Virus record (IMG/VR): IMGVR_UViG_3300048576_000363
Coordinates: 1 to 64,000 of that record
DNA from: an uncultured virus (IMG/VR IMGVR_UViG_3300048576_000363)
Lineage: Duplodnaviria; Heunggongvirae; Uroviricota; Caudoviricetes
Length of the DNA stretch: 64,000 bases
Direction: 5' to 3' (one strand)
The notes beneath the pieces are model-generated. The model was given only the letters and a program-made list of their open reading frames with translations. It did no database searches and was not told the DNA's origin. Positions 59,227-64,000 of the stretch are shown in pieces. Position 1 is the stretch's first letter, and every line of letters starts with the position of its first letter. The position numbers and the translations under genes are program-made.

Positions 59227-61317
59227 ATGCAAGAAATAACTTACAATAAAGAATGTAATTCAGAATTACTCACACTTGAAATAGAAAATTCTGGAATAGT
59301 AAAAGGAGAACATTTTTTTGGTGTCTCTTGTGAAATAGGACAGCAATATACTGTTGTATATGCAGCTGATAGTATTACACAACAACAAAGAGATACTATA
59401 GATTCTGTTGTATCAGTACACAATCCTAACTCAATACCTTACGCAAAGTTAGTTAGACAACAATATTTAAGATCTTATGGAGAAGCACTCATTATTTCAC
59501 AAGGTTATTCATTAGATATACAAAATTCACTATTAACTATGTATTCAGGTAGTGTTAAACTAAAACCAAACTGTATGCAATACATCCAAACATGGGTGAA
59601 TTGGATTAATATTGTAGACGCAGAAATAAAAAACAAACAAACACAAGTAGATGCACAAACTACAATAGAGCAAATTAATTCGATTGAAATAGATAAACCA
59701 GCATTGATTGCTCTTGATCCTCATGTTACTATAAATGATGCTTTAGCTATTACAGATTCTTCTGATCTTAACGATTTTATGGACGACAGGGTAACTGTTA
59801 CAGATACATATACAAATAAAACAGGCCCTTATTATTTAATGGAAATTTTAAATCTCAGAAGAGAGATTTTTAATGATACAGAGAATCCTTTATATGTATT
59901 GAATCATACACCCATTATTGGTCCTTCAGGTCATATTCAAAATCATGCAGACAGAATTGTCAATTTAGAAAATATTCATGGTAAAAGTGGTTGGCATCAA
60001 CAACAAGTTTTAAAATCTTTGTACGAAAAACCTATTGATATATTAATATATAAAGGTTCGCTTGTAAATTTCAATAATTCTAAAAATCAATCGATAAACG
60101 AAAATATAGCTCAAGATTTTTCACGTTATGACATTCTTGTTTTTAATGATGGGTATCAAGACCCAACTCATATAGACTATACAAATACGCAAATAATTTT
60201 ATCAAGAATTAGATCGCTTAATCCCAACACTCTCATCTTTGGTATTGTTTCTGCAACAGATAGTCTTGCTATTTTTAATACAAAAGTAGGCCAATGGAAT
60301 ACACTTCAAATAAATGGCATTTTTATTGATAAAGCAGGTTATGACTTTGGTGTACTTAGAACTGACTTTAATACCCGTGTTGATTCAGTTAAAGCACTAT
60401 CTTTTTCAAATATAGTTTTTGCAAACTCAAAAAAAATGAGTCACATTCTTGGAACTGATAATGACCCATTATATCCTAACTCAATATACAATACCAGTTT
60501 AGTTTCTTCACATTTGAGTAATGCTGATTGGGTATTACTTGAAAGTTTTGCTATTGACACTTCTAATTATGGTGAAGGTTATGAAAACTCTTCTACATGG
60601 GCTAGTCGAAGTGTTGAAATGAATTCGCTTAGATATAATTTTGGAATAAATGTTGCTTCTTTCGGAATTATAAATAACAATAATGAAAAAGGTAATGATT
60701 TATATAAATTTGGTCTCGTATCTTCTTTAATGTGGTCGCTAAATGCTTATGGTACGTCAGACACTGATTATGGCTTAAATAGCTCTACTGTCAAGTTCTG
60801 GGATAAACCCAATCTTTCTGGAATAGGAAAAACCTACAGTATTAATCCTTCAGTACAATCAGGACTTAACAACACTTTTCATCGTTTTTCTGACGATGTC
60901 CATTTTATCCTAGACTTCACTTCAAGTAATCAAACATGTTACATAAATATAAAAGAGATTTCTCGTGTTGAAGGAGGCTTTGGGATCACTATTGATGGAT
61001 CTGGAGAAGTTATAACAACAGGTAATAAAGGCATAATCATAGCTCCCTATGCAATGACTATAACTGGTTATACTATAGTTGCTGACGAACTAGGGAGCGT
61101 ACAAATCGATATTTGGAAAAAATCTTCATTACCTGTTACTATTTCTGATAGTATTTGTGGTGGAAATTTTATAACATTAAGCAATTCTCAAAGCAATATT
61201 GTAGAAACTATATCTTCATGGAATACAAAATTTGAAAAAAACGACTTTATAATTTTTTATGTTAGTTCTATAACAAGTATTAAAAAACTAACGCTTATAG
61301 TGAAAGGAATAAAATAA
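59227..61317 (+). CDS. Multidomain virion protein with putative glycoside-hydrolase TIM barrel
   Basis: FSRYDILV, NPNTLIFG, NGIFIDKAGYDF, LLESF motifs; C-terminal ITIDGSG..ITTG.KG...DIWK domain seen in phage fibre proteins. Confidence 0.5.
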   Translation: MQEITYNKECNSELLTLEIENSGIVKGEHFFGVSCEIGQQYTVVYAADSITQQQRDTIDSVVSVHNPNSIPYAKLVRQQYLRSYGEALIISQGYSLDIQNSLLTMYSGSVKLKPNCMQYIQTWVNWINIVDAEIKNKQTQVDAQTTIEQINSIEIDKPALIALDPHVTINDALAITDSSDLNDFMDDRVTVTDTYTNKTGPYYLMEILNLRREIFNDTENPLYVLNHTPIIGPSGHIQNHADRIVNLENIHGKSGWHQQQVLKSLYEKPIDILIYKGSLVNFNNSKNQSINENIAQDFSRYDILVFNDGYQDPTHIDYTNTQIILSRIRSLNPNTLIFGIVSATDSLAIFNTKVGQWNTLQINGIFIDKAGYDFGVLRTDFNTRVDSVKALSFSNIVFANSKKMSHILGTDNDPLYPNSIYNTSLVSSHLSNADWVLLESFAIDTSNYGEGYENSSTWASRSVEMNSLRYNFGINVASFGIINNNNEKGNDLYKFGLVSSLMWSLNAYGTSDTDYGLNSSTVKFWDKPNLSGIGKTYSINPSVQSGLNNTFHRFSDDVHFILDFTSSNQTCYINIKEISRVEGGFGITIDGSGEVITTGNKGIIIAPYAMTITGYTIVADELGSVQIDIWKKSSLPVTISDSICGGNFITLSNSQSNIVETISSWNTKFEKNDFIIFYVSSITSIKKLTLIVKGIK

Positions 61318-61319
61318 TC

Positions 61320-63692
61320 ATGGCAACATTAGCAACAAAAATGCTATTTACACAAAACTCAACTCCAATAAGTAGTTATAATCAAGATCTTTTAAATCTT
61401 GGACCACTTATGTACAAAAACACTGGAGCAAATCCTTCTGATAAATGGGTAGGTCCAAATCCTATAGCTGTAGCAAGACCCGTAGATAATAGTACTGTTC
61501 CTTGTATGATGCCTCATGTGTTAAGTTTTTCAAATGATTTACAGTATGTTTTCCTTGCTGACGCAGCTGCAGCTGCTGCAACTCGAAGAGTTGTATTATA
61601 TACTTATAGTATCACTAATGCAGTATACAATTACATAGGATACATTACGCTAACATATCCTGCTACAACAAACCACACAATAAGAGGGTTTCGCGTAGAC
61701 CGTTTACGTTATATGATTGGCACAGTATCTGTATCTGATACAGCTGTTACAGGTACTGGAACTTTATGGACAACAAATGGGAAGATATCTGTTGGTGCAA
61801 GAATCGGGTTTGGTTCTATAAATCCTGCTGAAATAAGTACTTGGTACCAGATATCAGCAATAGGAAGTGATACTTCTATAACACTTGGAAGTGGAGCAGG
61901 TACAATTTCTGCAGGTACACCTTTTATTATTGAAGAGTATAGAGTTGTGACAGTAACTACAAATGCTACAGCAGCAAATGGTGGTTTATTTGTTACTAAA
62001 GGATTGAATCCTTCAATTTTTATTCCTAGTGGTACAACAATAAGTGCTGCAACAAGTACAGACAGCTTACGTGCTGTGTATTGGTTGCCTAATGCTTCTA
62101 CTGTTACTAATACGGGTGGTGCTGGATGTGCTATTGAAGATGAAGAATATACTGCGGGTACTGTATCTTCTACAGGAACTACAACAATAACAGGTTCTGG
62201 GACTTCATGGAATTCAGTTGCTGGAAGAATAAACGCAGGGTCACGTATAGGTTTTGGCTCTACAAATCCTTTAAGTATTACAACATGGTACACAATTTCT
62301 GCTGTTAACAGTACAACACAAATAACTTTAACCTCAGCACCTGCAACAATTCCTGCAGGAACTGCTTATTGCATTATAGACAACAGCATGCGAATTTCAT
62401 ATGTTCTTGACACAGCAGGTAGAGTACACAAATATAATCTAAGATCTTCTTTAGGTACTATAACTTCAGGAAAAGCTTCTAATTACGCTGGCATTCAGTT
62501 GTTAGCTACTGGTGTTCAAGCGTTGACAGGTACAATGCAAACTACTAATAATGGTAGATATGCAGTTTTACAAAGTGGTCCTGGAGCAAACATACCTTGT
62601 TTATATTTTGTAACAACAACAAGAATATATAGATCTGTATTAACAGACATCACTTCTGGTTCGACTACATGGGCTTTTGATGCTATGGTAGAAGTTCCTG
62701 CAGGTGGTGCAGCAACTTACCCAGTAACAGGCGCAATGTCGTCAGTAGAAGTTATTGACACTTTGAATAAACTTGTAATATCTACTACTCCAACAGTAGC
62801 TGTAGGAAAAACTTATATTACTGGATACAAAACTGATGCTTCTCAATTTGACTACAATGTTTTTATTGACAATCATCAGCAAGATCAGTCAACAGCAGAT
62901 AGTTCTGCAGCTATTATACCAAATCAAAACGGTCTAACATTTACAGCATGGTCTGAAAGTGGTGTTACGCACGTAATAAGACACCCAGCAGTAGGTACTG
63001 CTCCGACAGCTATTAATAATCAAATGTATGCTGTTCCAATAGGTGCTGATTGGGATTTTGCTGCAACAACTTTAAGCAGAATTATTACACCAAGAATAGC
63101 TACTCCTGAAGCTAACAATTTGAATACCGTTAGTGTCTTGTCTGCAAAATTTATTGGACAAAGTTCTTTGGGTATTCAACCTTTGCCTTATAGAGTATAT
63201 TGTCGTACTAGTGGAATAACAGACAATAGTGGTTCTTGGACTTTAATAGACGACTTAGGAAACATTTCAGGTGTAAGTGCTAGTACCCATGTACAGTTCA
63301 TGTTCGAATTTAAGACTATAAGTCAAGTTGTGCTCCCAGCAAGAATTTACGGTGTACATGTAAGTTACGATAATATAAGTCCTTTACCAAATTATCGAAG
63401 TGATGCAACAAGATCAAATGCAGCAAGTAAATTGTTTGCATTCAGATTTGTTACAGCTTTTGGAGAAACTGTCCCTGATCTTAGAATAAGAATCTATAAC
63501 GATATCACTGGTGGTTTATTAGTTGATGATAACACTGTAACATCTACAGGTACTTGGTCAAAATCTACTGATGGAGACAATTGGTCGACTTATAACACTA
63601 ATGATAAGACTAATGAAACAACTTACATTAGATATGCCCCTGCATCTATGGCATCAGGTGTAATAGCTCGTGCAGTAATAACAAGGATGTAA
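61320..63692 (+). CDS. Thr/Ser-rich virion structural protein with duplicated fibre-like module
   Basis: Two copies of GTVS....(V/I)TG.GT.W....G.RIGFGS.NP..I.TWY.ISA. Confidence 0.6.
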   Translation: MATLATKMLFTQNSTPISSYNQDLLNLGPLMYKNTGANPSDKWVGPNPIAVARPVDNSTVPCMMPHVLSFSNDLQYVFLADAAAAAATRRVVLYTYSITNAVYNYIGYITLTYPATTNHTIRGFRVDRLRYMIGTVSVSDTAVTGTGTLWTTNGKISVGARIGFGSINPAEISTWYQISAIGSDTSITLGSGAGTISAGTPFIIEEYRVVTVTTNATAANGGLFVTKGLNPSIFIPSGTTISAATSTDSLRAVYWLPNASTVTNTGGAGCAIEDEEYTAGTVSSTGTTTITGSGTSWNSVAGRINAGSRIGFGSTNPLSITTWYTISAVNSTTQITLTSAPATIPAGTAYCIIDNSMRISYVLDTAGRVHKYNLRSSLGTITSGKASNYAGIQLLATGVQALTGTMQTTNNGRYAVLQSGPGANIPCLYFVTTTRIYRSVLTDITSGSTTWAFDAMVEVPAGGAATYPVTGAMSSVEVIDTLNKLVISTTPTVAVGKTYITGYKTDASQFDYNVFIDNHQQDQSTADSSAAIIPNQNGLTFTAWSESGVTHVIRHPAVGTAPTAINNQMYAVPIGADWDFAATTLSRIITPRIATPEANNLNTVSVLSAKFIGQSSLGIQPLPYRVYCRTSGITDNSGSWTLIDDLGNISGVSASTHVQFMFEFKTISQVVLPARIYGVHVSYDNISPLPNYRSDATRSNAASKLFAFRFVTAFGETVPDLRIRIYNDITGGLLVDDNTVTSTGTWSKSTDGDNWSTYNTNDKTNETTYIRYAPASMASGVIARAVITRM

Positions 63693-63696
63693 TTGT

Positions 63697-63849
63697 ATGG
63701 ATGAACAAATAGCTGATAGTTTTATTATGTTGATTCCAGTTGAGTCTGGAGTTCCAAATACTATTGTTTCTTGTAATTTTGACATGGACATTGTTATTCC
63801 TAATGTTTTTTCTGGAGGCGGAGAAGTCTCTTCATTATTCTTTTTTTAA
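63697..63849 (+). CDS. 50-aa hypothetical protein
   Basis: MDEQIADSF...SGGGEVSSLFFF; starts 4 nt after the previous stop, with AAGGA upstream. Confidence 0.45.
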   Translation: MDEQIADSFIMLIPVESGVPNTIVSCNFDMDIVIPNVFSGGGEVSSLFFF

Positions 63850-63874
63850 AGTTTTTTGCAAGTACTTATATTAT

Positions 63875-63912
63875 AAATCTTTTGCATAGTTACAAATTTA
63901 TGCAAAAGATTT
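63875..63912 (+). terminator. Hairpin, likely terminator
   Basis: AAATCTTTTGCATA-N10-TATGCAAAAGATTT perfect 14-bp stem followed by Ts. Confidence 0.6.
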
Positions 63913-63938
63913 TTGTGCTATAGAATGATTAGGAAAAT

Positions 63939-64000
63939 ATGGAAATAAATATTTTAAAAGATAACGAAATTCTCATAATAGCTGAAACTGAATTTGAGAG
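63939..64000 (+). CDS. Start of an ORF running off the right edge
   Basis: AGGA RBS, MEINILKDNEILIIAETEFE... Confidence 0.4.
   Translation, partial: MEINILKDNEILIIAETEFE

Noticed and set aside
616..62293. Many short ORFs in the track antisense to, or nested in, long genes (e.g. 616..870, 1641..2057, 7554..7796, 31611..32072, 53142..54479, 61709..62293)
   Set aside because: They shadow well-supported genes, lack RBS or motifs, and arise from codon bias or repeat periodicity.
1..64000. Stop-codon reassignment, as in some large phages
   Set aside because: Long genes are intact and densely packed under the standard code, and TAA, TGA and TAG all appear as apparent stops.

Overview
A gene-dense, AT-rich segment of what is most likely a large contractile-tailed (myo-type, probably jumbo) phage genome. 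It reads in the standard genetic code with AGGAG-type Shine-Dalgarno sites. Positions 1-52.2 kb are transcribed almost entirely leftward. Read in transcription order they encode: small accessory genes; neck/head-completion proteins; modular virion surface proteins; a 9 kb glycosylation island (five glycosyltransferase genes, two methyltransferases, a kinase-like protein); an actin-fold ATPase closely resembling haloarchaeal volactin; and a tail module (terminator, fibre with intramolecular chaperone, sheath, tube, chaperones, tape measure, two tube initiators, hub, spike). From 52.4 kb transcription runs rightward through two very long Thr/Gln-rich collagen-like proteins and further virion proteins. 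Three free-standing homing-endonuclease-like genes are present, and one appears to have split a HAD gene. I saw no capsid, terminase, tRNA, rRNA or CRISPR array. Best candidates for new biology: (1) a phage-encoded glycosylation system paired with proline-free, Thr-rich collagen fibres; (2) a volactin-like actin inside the virion-assembly region; (3) a recurring intergenic motif TTTCTA-N4-TTTTAT that looks like a phage late promoter. All family assignments come from motif recognition by eye, not database searches.
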